This document shows positions 7,030 to 14,479 of a DNA stretch of 16,293 nt, piece after piece. The number at the start of each line of letters is the position of its first letter. Position 1 is the stretch's first letter. The stretch lies in the IMG/VR virus record IMGVR_UViG_3300042296_001032. One strand, 5' to 3'. The position numbers were made by a program, and so were the translations under genes. The notes beneath the pieces are model-generated. The model searched no databases. It was not told the DNA's origin and saw only the letters and a list, made by a program, of their open reading frames with translations. This DNA is from a virus. Lineage: Duplodnaviria; Heunggongvirae; Uroviricota; Caudoviricetes.

Positions 7030-7449
7030 TTATTTCCTAGTTGGTATTGTAATATCTTCAATGGTCTTAAACCCAAATTTAAGTTTAACTCTATCAGATA
7101 TTGGAATAGATTTGTTTTCTTCGTTTACTCTAACAAAGACGCATTTAGTATCTGATACCACATTTTGTTCACCATCATAAACATCGTGTGACCTTGCTTC
7201 TATTTTAAGAGTAATACTTTTATTACCAATATCTAAAATATCTGCGTATATTTTAATAACTTGACCTTCTTTAGCTGGTCTTACAAATACTGAATCCATA
7301 GTTGCTGTTACCATTCTAGGGGTATCACAACATTGTGTCGCGTAAGATAAAGCTGCCAAATCTATCCACTGTAATAACTGACCCCCAAAAAGATTCCCAT
7401 GAAAACCGAGGTCAGATTTTCTAATGGGATGTGTCGATATCAATTCCAT
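7030..7449 (-). CDS. Acyl-CoA thioesterase (hotdog fold, YciA-like)
   Basis: DLGFHGNLFGGQLLQWIDLAA matches the NxxGxxFGGxxxxxxDxAA hotdog thioesterase signature, followed by VTA and FVRV strands. Confidence 0.88.
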   Translation of the reverse strand: MELISTHPIRKSDLGFHGNLFGGQLLQWIDLAALSYATQCCDTPRMVTATMDSVFVRPAKEGQVIKIYADILDIGNKSITLKIEARSHDVYDGEQNVVSDTKCVFVRVNEENKSIPISDRVKLKFGFKTIEDITIPTRK

Positions 7450-7808
7450 TAATTTATATCAATTAAATTTTTTAATTTTTCTTCACCTAAAGGAAATTTT
7501 ATACTTTCTTTAGGCCATACTCTATCTTTTTTTTCACTGTTACAACTATAACAAGATATAACAAAATTATTTTCATCCATTTTTAATTCATTGTATCTAG
7601 ACTTTGGATAAAAATGGTCTACAGTTGCTACATCATCGTTACTAATTTTTTCACACCAATCGTAAACTACTAAATTTTGTTTTCCACAATATTCACAATG
7701 TAATTTACTGTATTCTAATTCTGTTTTTCTTAAAAATTCTATATTAAATTTTAGTTGTAACCATCTGTCTTCATTTTTTTTAGCCCAAAATGGTTTTTTT
7801 CTGCACAT
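7449..7808 (-). CDS. HNH endonuclease
   Basis: CEYCG...ATVDHFYPKS...NFVISCYSCN: two CxxC pairs plus the DH and N catalytic positions. Confidence 0.9.
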   Translation of the reverse strand: MCRKKPFWAKKNEDRWLQLKFNIEFLRKTELEYSKLHCEYCGKQNLVVYDWCEKISNDDVATVDHFYPKSRYNELKMDENNFVISCYSCNSEKKDRVWPKESIKFPLGEEKLKNLIDIN

Positions 7809-8005
7809 TAATCATTTTTTTTTATTGTAACTACATAATAAAGCCATCCACTGTCAGAATTTTCATTCATAACAAGTGTTAATTTTTCGGCTTCATCAAG
7901 ATTATTAAATTCTAAAATTTCGGAATGACCATTGGTAATTAAAATATTTAATTTTTTACCATATTTATTGGTCATTACTTTTCTTATAACATATACTTCA
8001 TTCAT
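7808..8005 (-). CDS. Small hypothetical protein
   Basis: 65-aa ORF with a TAATG 1-nt overlap to the HNH gene. Confidence 0.7.
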   Translation of the reverse strand: MNEVYVIRKVMTNKYGKKLNILITNGHSEILEFNNLDEAEKLTLVMNENSDSGWLYYVVTIKKND

Positions 8006-8042
8006 ATGTTAATGATACTAAAAACATTTAAATAAGAAAAGT

Positions 8043-9653
8043 TTAGAATGGTAAATCACTGTTTTTATTTAGTGAATTTCTTTTTTTAATTAACCCCCTA
8101 ATTATAACATCTAATTCCTCCAAGTCCATTTTGTTTTTGATTGGGTCTTCTTCTCTAAGTTTATCCCACTCATTTTCCAATCTGTCTATTTGTTTATCTA
8201 ACCTTTCAATTTCACTTTGACCTGTATTAGGCATCACAGTAGTTTTAGGTAATTCAGTTGTACTGGTTGGTACGTTAGTTTTAGGTTCTGTTTTTGGATA
8301 AACTTTAGGTGGAGCTTGTACAGTCATTGGTTTTCCGTGAACGTACTTCATTTTATCAATACGTTTTAGGATATCACGACCTCTTTTGTTAAAATATTTT
8401 TCAGTATAATTTAAGAAATCTACCACATTTTTAAACTTTCTAAAGAAAGGTATGTTAAACTCTGTTATTAACTTAGTCCAAGACTCTTGTAAACCCTTTG
8501 CTGGGTTACCTTGTTTATCTAAAAAGTTTGAAGCTTTAAAATTCATTAATTTTTTAGCTGTATCACGATAACTACCCATCACAGGACTATCATATTCATT
8601 TTCTAAATAAGCTGGAGCTTCCAGTTTAGAACCTAAATAGTAATATCTTATTATTGGATGTAACATTGGGCTTAGCTTAAATGACCCACCTAAAACTAAT
8701 TTTTCAAAATCAGGTGTATAGATATTTTTTATTTCCCACCCATCTCTGATTGCTGGTTTACCTTTCCTCATACGGTTCCAATCGTCATAAGCATGTTTAA
8801 TCTCGTGTATCAAAGCAGAACCACCGATTGAGCTCATAGGCATATTCAAATAAACTACATATTCACCGGCATCATTATAACCAGATTTCCAATGGTCATA
8901 TTCAATTCTATCAGAGTTGGTGATTATCCATTTATCAACATTAAAATCTTTGTAAGATTGTGGAAAATCTTTCCCGTTAATTTCTATTTTATCAATTTTT
9001 GGTTGTTGCTGGTACCCACCATAATAACCATACCCTCCTCTATAATCATATCCTCTATTATAATCATCATAAGAAGATTCAGACATATAATAAGTGTATT
9101 CGTCATCACCGTAATCTACGGCGTAAACAAGTTCATAATCTTCAGTATAAAAAGGTTCTCCACTAACCATATGGTCTTCGATAATTTCTTCTATACCTTC
9201 TCTAAAATTTTCAGGAAATTTAGAATCTACCACATCAACATAAAAAGCACCCTCACCATCTAATTTAATATTAAACAACATACCCGTTATAGCACGTTTA
9301 ATACCAGGGAACTCATATAAGACATCAGCATTTATAACCAATTCGTCAGCATAAACATTAGCCTCTTCATAAGGTTCATGTGTATCATTTTCAAAATGGG
9401 TGAAAGTTGTTTTATAGTCATAGTCATCTTCTTCTTTTTCAGTTTTTGCTGGAGATGACCAAGAAAAATTTTTAGGACCTTGTTGTGTAGGTGGTGTTTT
9501 TGGTTGTTGTGGTGCTTGTGACTTTAGTTTTTCTCTTTCAGCAGCCACATAATTTTTTACATAATTCTCTATATCTTGTGCCCATCTTCTGACTTCAAAA
9601 GAAATACCTGCCACTTCAAGTAAAACACCTTTAATTATTTTTTTAGTATCCAT
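8043..9653 (-). CDS. Large multidomain protein with xxE tag and HExxH metallopeptidase motif
   Basis: Starts MDTKKIIKGVLLE. Contains SALIHEIKHAY and a downstream LEAPAY, Q/P- and G/Y-rich linkers, and a C-terminal predicted coil. Confidence 0.85.
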   Translation of the reverse strand: MDTKKIIKGVLLEVAGISFEVRRWAQDIENYVKNYVAAEREKLKSQAPQQPKTPPTQQGPKNFSWSSPAKTEKEEDDYDYKTTFTHFENDTHEPYEEANVYADELVINADVLYEFPGIKRAITGMLFNIKLDGEGAFYVDVVDSKFPENFREGIEEIIEDHMVSGEPFYTEDYELVYAVDYGDDEYTYYMSESSYDDYNRGYDYRGGYGYYGGYQQQPKIDKIEINGKDFPQSYKDFNVDKWIITNSDRIEYDHWKSGYNDAGEYVVYLNMPMSSIGGSALIHEIKHAYDDWNRMRKGKPAIRDGWEIKNIYTPDFEKLVLGGSFKLSPMLHPIIRYYYLGSKLEAPAYLENEYDSPVMGSYRDTAKKLMNFKASNFLDKQGNPAKGLQESWTKLITEFNIPFFRKFKNVVDFLNYTEKYFNKRGRDILKRIDKMKYVHGKPMTVQAPPKVYPKTEPKTNVPTSTTELPKTTVMPNTGQSEIERLDKQIDRLENEWDKLREEDPIKNKMDLEELDVIIRGLIKKRNSLNKNSDLPF

Positions 9654-9658
9654 ATGAT

Positions 9659-9667
9659 ATAAATATC
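9659..9667 (-). promoter_or_regulatory. GATATTTAT box
   Basis: 5 nt before ATG 9653. Confidence 0.55.
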
Positions 9668-9670
9668 ATA

Positions 9671-9889
9671 TCATACCATAATGTTATTATGTTTTTTAAA
9701 TAAAAAAACTCTAACCTCATCGATTAAATCCCTATCCAATATTGGTTTAAAGTCAACCTCATTGAATATAAGGTAAGAAACTGATGGGAAATATTTAACA
9801 CCCCCATTGGTTTTGTATTCTGTTAAATCGTAACCAAGAATAAATTCGATACCATTTAATGTATAATCTATTTCTTTTTTATCTTCCAT
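9671..9889 (-). CDS. Hypothetical protein
   Basis: Track ORF is 9671..9937. ATG 9889 (MEDKKEIDY) is preferred. Confidence 0.65.
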   Translation of the reverse strand: MEDKKEIDYTLNGIEFILGYDLTEYKTNGGVKYFPSVSYLIFNEVDFKPILDRDLIDEVRVFLFKKHNNIMV

Positions 9890-10041
9890 TTTATATGGTC
9901 TTTTGTGTCTTTTAAAATAAAATATACCCCATCCCAATCCAAATCTAATTCAGGTAAAAAAAATTTTAATACTAAACTAGAGCCGTTCTTAAAATTACTT
10001 TTAAGAAACTCCGTCTTCAAATACTTCTGTTCTTTTTTCAC
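9868..10041 (-). CDS. Possible small hypothetical protein, 57 aa (not in ORF track)
   Basis: GTG 10041 (or TTG 10020) to TAG 9868: MKKEQKYLKTEFLKSNFKNGSSLVLKFFLPELDLDWDGVYFILKDTKDHIKWKIKKK*. Fills an otherwise empty gap but overlaps both neighbours. Confidence 0.4.
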   Translation of the reverse strand: MKKEQKYLKTEFLKSNFKNGSSLVLKFFLPELDLDWDGVYFILKDTKDHIKWKIKKK

Positions 10042-10258
10042 CAATTCCAGCTTTCTTTTTAATTATATTAGAAATAGCTATCAATATTTGTGGTGTTAAA
10101 CCTTGTTCTTGTGATGACCGACCATTTGGTATGAATCTATATTCATCCGAAATATGCCCTAATGGAACATCAAAATCAGAACAATAAATAATATTGTTAG
10201 TTTCATTTAAATATAAGTAATTATCATTACTTAATCGTTCAAAATTTTTATTTTTCAT
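10001..10258 (-). CDS. Hypothetical protein
   Basis: 85-aa ORF overlapping the upstream gene end by 11 nt. Confidence 0.7.
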   Translation of the reverse strand: MKNKNFERLSNDNYLYLNETNNIIYCSDFDVPLGHISDEYRFIPNGRSSQEQGLTPQILIAISNIIKKKAGIGEKRTEVFEDGVS

Positions 10259-10709
10259 CTTCTGTAAATTTAAATTTATTTTTTTTCTTTAGTATCATAG
10301 AATCACTAACGGCTTCCAACTCATCATGTAAAACTTTTGCCATATTTTCCATAATTTCAAGAAAAACATCTTTATCATCTTCACTAACACTAAACTTTGG
10401 CTCACTTATAATTTCATTTACATAAGCTTTTCCATTTATCATTTGTGTTACAAGTTGTAGGGCCCAAATACGCATCAAATTTACATTAATTTCAGGCTTA
10501 TGTGAGTCAGGTTCATTGTATAAAGACCAATCCATTCTACCACCACTTCTTAGAATAGATTCATACTCTTCTGTATCACCATCAATAGTATTTATCCCAC
10601 CTAATTTTTTTGAGTTCTCATTTTCTAACTCTATCTCATGATAGTTCGTAGGTTCTTTAATTACATAATGTGGTTGTAATTTTATGTGAAATGGTTTATT
10701 AAATTTCAT
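10248..10709 (-). CDS. Hypothetical protein
   Basis: 153-aa ORF in a tightly coupled operon. Confidence 0.8.
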   Translation of the reverse strand: MKFNKPFHIKLQPHYVIKEPTNYHEIELENENSKKLGGINTIDGDTEEYESILRSGGRMDWSLYNEPDSHKPEINVNLMRIWALQLVTQMINGKAYVNEIISEPKFSVSEDDKDVFLEIMENMAKVLHDELEAVSDSMILKKKNKFKFTEDEK

Positions 10710-11157
10710 CTTCTTCTCCTTTAATAATATTAATAACTTTTTCTATTTTACTTTTTTTCTTTTTTGTGGGTCTTAGTGTTATACTACCTTTATCATTTAC
10801 CACAGTATCACCTACATGAAAATTAATTACACTATGTTTTCTACCACTTAAAAAATTAAATTTTACCCTATTAATATCCTCTCTATCAGATTCTATATTT
10901 ATAGAACTTAATTCTTTAGGGATAATATTTATACCACTTTCATCAAATATTATTTCAAAATAATGGTTTATATCATCAACCCATTTTGTATCTATCTGAT
11001 ATAAAATTTCTTCGGGTTTAACCCAAAACCTTTTTTCTTGGTAGGTTACTTCATAAGACCCGTTAGACATAAAGGTACTAGGTGTATTAAAAATATTAAC
11101 CTCCCTACCGTCTTTTAATTTAATAATATCACCCTTGTTGTACATCACCTCAATCAA
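10699..11157 (-). CDS. Hypothetical protein, possible N-terminal SH3/KOW-like barrel
   Basis: YNKGDIIKLKDGREVNI pattern. Start is TTG 11157 or ATG 11145. Confidence 0.75.
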   Translation of the reverse strand: MIEVMYNKGDIIKLKDGREVNIFNTPSTFMSNGSYEVTYQEKRFWVKPEEILYQIDTKWVDDINHYFEIIFDESGINIIPKELSSINIESDREDINRVKFNFLSGRKHSVINFHVGDTVVNDKGSITLRPTKKKKSKIEKVINIIKGEEDEI

Positions 11158-12074
11158 AATCCAACCTCTTCCATTCCTTCTTCAGAATATGCCTGACTTT
11201 CATAGATAGTATAATCACCAATCTCTATGTCCTCCGTTAACATTTCGGAAGGGTAAGCCCTCTCTTCGTCATCCGTGATAACATATAATGGTGGTACTAT
11301 TTTAAGTTGTCCATAATATTTATCTTTATTTTTAATTTCCTCATCAGAAAATAATTCTGAATTTTTTGGGTTATTACTTAGATTTGATTTTTCTCTAATT
11401 ATAGATAAAATCTCGTAAGGAACTCCTGACTCTAAAGAATCAATTCTATTATCAGTAGTATTCCAAACAGAAAATTCATTAGGTGAGGAATTAAAACCAT
11501 ATTTTTTACCGTTAACTTTATTAATTACATATAACAAAATACCTTCACTAGCATATCGATAAAAATATGTTGGTTCCATTTTCATGGCTGTACACCATTT
11601 TGTACCTGAACCATAAGCTAAAGAAGCACTAAATGATAAAGGTTTAATTACTAACCAAGTAGAGTCTTCGTAAATACGTTCAACTTGTTTAGTTAATTGT
11701 TTATCCATTTGTTTTACATCAGCAATACCTTTTTGTATCAACAAATCTTCCCACGTCTCATATTGATTAATATCAGTATTTTCAATACGATTATTTTCTA
11801 GATGTTCATTAAACTCCCTTAATGTTTCAAGTCCTTGGTAACCGTCACCTATAACATCTATCAACATTTCAATAATATATAAATCAATTCCATTATTAGT
11901 TATATCACTAAATTCTTTTTTGGCGATGTAACCTCTATCTAAAATATTTTTAGATAGGATTTTCAAAAGAAATGGTGTTAATTTATTTGTTTTACTAGGG
12001 TCTATCCTAGAAACATAATCTATGACACTCACATCCAAATTGGTGTATTGTTTTTTTAAATCTTTTTTTCCCAT
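11154..12074 (-). CDS. Phage protein with YGxGTKWCT motif (possibly PcfJ-like domain)
   Basis: WLVIKPLSFSASLAYGSGTKWCTAM...FYRY...LLYVINK...KKYG is a motif I associate with large-phage proteins. The family label is tentative. Confidence 0.6.
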   Translation of the reverse strand: MGKKDLKKQYTNLDVSVIDYVSRIDPSKTNKLTPFLLKILSKNILDRGYIAKKEFSDITNNGIDLYIIEMLIDVIGDGYQGLETLREFNEHLENNRIENTDINQYETWEDLLIQKGIADVKQMDKQLTKQVERIYEDSTWLVIKPLSFSASLAYGSGTKWCTAMKMEPTYFYRYASEGILLYVINKVNGKKYGFNSSPNEFSVWNTTDNRIDSLESGVPYEILSIIREKSNLSNNPKNSELFSDEEIKNKDKYYGQLKIVPPLYVITDDEERAYPSEMLTEDIEIGDYTIYESQAYSEEGMEEVGF

Positions 12075-12094
12075 TGTTAGTTATTTAATACTTA

Positions 12095-12123
12095 ATTCTA
12101 CTAAAAATTAATTGATTAGTAAA
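12095..12123 (-). promoter_or_regulatory. Putative host-RNAP promoter TTTACT-N17-TAGAAT
   Basis: Near-consensus hexamers with a 17-nt spacer, between the tRNA terminator and ATG 12074. Confidence 0.45.
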
Positions 12124-12131
12124 TAAATTTT

Positions 12132-12164
12132 AAAACAAAAAAAAGGCCACATTTCTGTGACCTT
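12132..12164 (-). terminator. Intrinsic terminator after tRNA
   Basis: Minus strand AAGGTCAC-AGAAAT-GTGGCCTT (8-bp stem with one G:U pair) followed by a long T run. Confidence 0.8.
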
Positions 12165-12169
12165 ATTTG

Positions 12170-12242
12170 AGCGTAACGATGAGATTCGAACTCTCGTCTC
12201 CTACCTGGAAGGTAGGTATTCTAACCACTAAACTAGTTACGC
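12170..12242 (-). tRNA. trnG: tRNA-Gly (anticodon UCC); CCA not encoded
   Basis: Acceptor GCGTAAC/GTTACGC, discriminator U, D loop with GG, anticodon stem CCTAC/GTAGG around CT-TCC-AG, T loop TTCGAAT. The T stem carries one extra A. Confidence 0.93.
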
Positions 12243-12496
12243 ATATTCGGTGGTTTTACCCACCGTATTATTTCAAACTATATGGTTTCTTATAACTAAG
12301 AACTTTAGTACTTTCCATATCATATAACTCCCACCAAATTTCTTTTTTCAATGACTAATACCATGTCAACATGGTTTTATATAGTCTCCAAAAGCGTAAC
12401 TTCGGATATTCACCCTAGTCGGTTGGTTACTCACGATATTTATCATCTACCGTATTCTACCAAAACTTTGTAAACCTTTTGTTTGATTACACTACA

Positions 12497-12525
12497 ATAT
12501 TAGTGTTTATTTTTTAATCAGTCAA
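12497..12525 (-). promoter_or_regulatory. Putative host-RNAP promoter TTGACT-N17-TAATAT(TG) driving the tRNA unit
   Basis: -35 at 12520-12525 and -10 at 12497-12502. TAATATTG also resembles the Bacteroidota -7 box. Confidence 0.55.
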
Positions 12526-12529
12526 CAGC

Positions 12530-12781
12530 TTATCTTAATTTTATTCTAGGTACGAAAGCTTTTTCTACACTTTGTGGGTCTATTTCATACAAATCAAAAT
12601 CATCTGAACATAATTTGACTAATTGTGAATCACCACCACCCAAATCTAAAAAAGCAAATAACACAATATCACCTACTGACATCACTCTTCCTGAATGATA
12701 AGTTTTATCATTAAACTCAATTAAACTTTCTTCAGTAACCCTTTTATTACCATCAATCTGTTCAGTAAAATATTCTATCAT
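12530..12781 (-). CDS. Hypothetical protein
   Basis: 83-aa ORF with an ATGA overlap to the upstream gene. Confidence 0.75.
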   Translation of the reverse strand: MIEYFTEQIDGNKRVTEESLIEFNDKTYHSGRVMSVGDIVLFAFLDLGGGDSQLVKLCSDDFDLYEIDPQSVEKAFVPRIKLR

Positions 12782-13197
12782 GACTCAGAAACTTTATCAA
12801 AAATTTTTTGTAAACTATTAGTAATTTGAGCTTTGATTTTTTCTTCGTAAGCCAATCTAATAGTCTCAGTTTTATGGTTATACATATGATGTAGTCTATT
12901 AGCATCTCTGTTATCTAGTTTAACTACATAATGGTAAACGTGGTTTGTCATTTCAACAGTATTTTGTTGAAAAACAACAAACATAGCCAATTTCTCATTG
13001 ATGATATATCTTTTATCTGAGATTGGTGCAATACTAAACTTTGATTCAGGGTGACTAATAAGTTTTCTACAAATAGAAAGACATAATTTTTCATACTCTG
13101 TTTTTTCACCCTCAGGCTTAAGAAATTTAGTACCCTTCTCCCACATTAAAAATTTAATACCAAATCTTTTAATTCTTCTTTTAATCCAATTAACCAT
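12778..13197 (-). CDS. Hypothetical protein
   Basis: 139-aa ORF in the operon. Confidence 0.8.
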   Translation of the reverse strand: MVNWIKRRIKRFGIKFLMWEKGTKFLKPEGEKTEYEKLCLSICRKLISHPESKFSIAPISDKRYIINEKLAMFVVFQQNTVEMTNHVYHYVVKLDNRDANRLHHMYNHKTETIRLAYEEKIKAQITNSLQKIFDKVSES

Positions 13198-13202
13198 ATT
13201 TT

Positions 13203-13811
13203 TTAATTTAATCCTTTATTAATATCTGACAAAACTGAGTTGACTAGTTGTGAACCTATTTTTTGGTTCCAAAATCTAGTTTGATGGACTGTTTTTTTAG
13301 CTTCTGAATGGACAATTTTCCAATCATCTTCTCTATTAATAAAAGAAACCATTTCATCATCTAATAGAACAGACCTTAAAGTACTTAATAATTTATCTAT
13401 CTTTTCCTCATAATCTTCTTTACTTAAAGTTTTTCTATTTGTTTCACTATCTTCGTATGTGTCTGCAAAGATAATACAAAATTCGACAATTGGATTCTTT
13501 TCTGGATTTTTTGGGTTAAAAATTAATTCACTATTTTTTTTAGAGGAAACCTCATTTAATAAAAGTGACATCATATTTTCTATATCAAAGTTTGTTCCAA
13601 CTCTTCTATACAATCTACGACAAATAGGTATGTACACATTATCAAATATTTCAAATACGTCTTTAGGTATTTTCTTTAATGCTTGTTCAGATAACAACAA
13701 TCTAGTTGCGTTATCATAAACTTGTGCAAGTTCTTCTTTTTCCCATACAGGTAGACCTTCTAAAAGACCTAAAGATTCCCACCTTTGTATTACATTTAAT
13801 ATATCACTCAT
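13203..13811 (-). CDS. Protein with N-terminal region resembling the gp23 major capsid protein N-terminus, plus unrelated C-terminal domain
   Basis: IQRWESLGLLEGLP...LAQVYDNA...YIPICRR aligns by eye with T4 gp23 LNKWKPLLEGEGLP...IAKIFENQ...VMGMVRR (recalled from memory). Confidence 0.6.
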   Translation of the reverse strand: MSDILNVIQRWESLGLLEGLPVWEKEELAQVYDNATRLLLSEQALKKIPKDVFEIFDNVYIPICRRLYRRVGTNFDIENMMSLLLNEVSSKKNSELIFNPKNPEKNPIVEFCIIFADTYEDSETNRKTLSKEDYEEKIDKLLSTLRSVLLDDEMVSFINREDDWKIVHSEAKKTVHQTRFWNQKIGSQLVNSVLSDINKGLN

Positions 13812-14479
13812 AAAGATAAAATCGATTTAGTTGTTACAAATTCTAATGGAACCTCATTCGATAAAGGTCCAACTATTTGGTCAGGGTATGGATTTTGTTT
13901 TTGTTCTATAATATCATCCTTTCTGAAAGGCATACCTCTTAAAGTTCTATTAGCATCTTCAACAACTTTAACAGCATAACCCCTTCTTAATAAACCTTTA
14001 ACCGTTGGTCCGACATCAATACCATAAACCAAAAAGATTGGTCTTTGCATAATAGGAATACCTAAATTATGTATTAAAGATTCTGAATAAGTATTACCCT
14101 CAAAAAAATCCATAGTTCTTTTAGTGACAACTATTTGGTCACTTTGGTGTATGTCGTGAAATGCCAAACCTGAAGAAGAATTCCAATCCATTAAAAAATA
14201 AGATTCAGGTGATGTTTCTTTAAGAAATTTAGCACCCTCAGTGTTTATTAAACAATGTTTTGGAAAGGTGTCTTTGTAGTTAGGGTTATCTGATAAGTGT
14301 TTGGCATTTTCAGTATACCAACCAGCTATATTAATAACTTTAGCATTTCTAATTTTAGCATACTGTGTTAAATCATTAAGATTTGTTAGTATACTATCAG
14401 AACTGGGTATTTTGTAGGAACCAGTAAAAAAATCCCTTTGCGTATTTACGTTAATAAATATTGGAAATAAATCTTCCAT
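13808..14479 (-). CDS. Nicotinamidase/isochorismatase-family homologue, probably catalytically inactive
   Basis: INVNTQRDFF.G, FPKHC...T.GA, VTK and GY.V.VVEDA motifs fit the cysteine-hydrolase fold, but the catalytic Asp and Cys positions are substituted. Confidence 0.8.
   Translation of the reverse strand: MEDLFPIFINVNTQRDFFTGSYKIPSSDSILTNLNDLTQYAKIRNAKVINIAGWYTENAKHLSDNPNYKDTFPKHCLINTEGAKFLKETSPESYFLMDWNSSSGLAFHDIHQSDQIVVTKRTMDFFEGNTYSESLIHNLGIPIMQRPIFLVYGIDVGPTVKGLLRRGYAVKVVEDANRTLRGMPFRKDDIIEQKQNPYPDQIVGPLSNEVPLEFVTTKSILSL

Noticed and set aside
12276-12447. Short minus-strand ORFs (14-26 codons) in the tRNA leader
   Set aside because: Too short and without supporting features; cannot be distinguished from chance.
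2050-13811. Interpreting the two gp23-like ORFs as one split or intron-interrupted capsid gene
   Set aside because: They are 11 kb apart with many unrelated genes between, each has its own unrelated C-terminal extension, and the central part of the capsid fold is not visible in the window.
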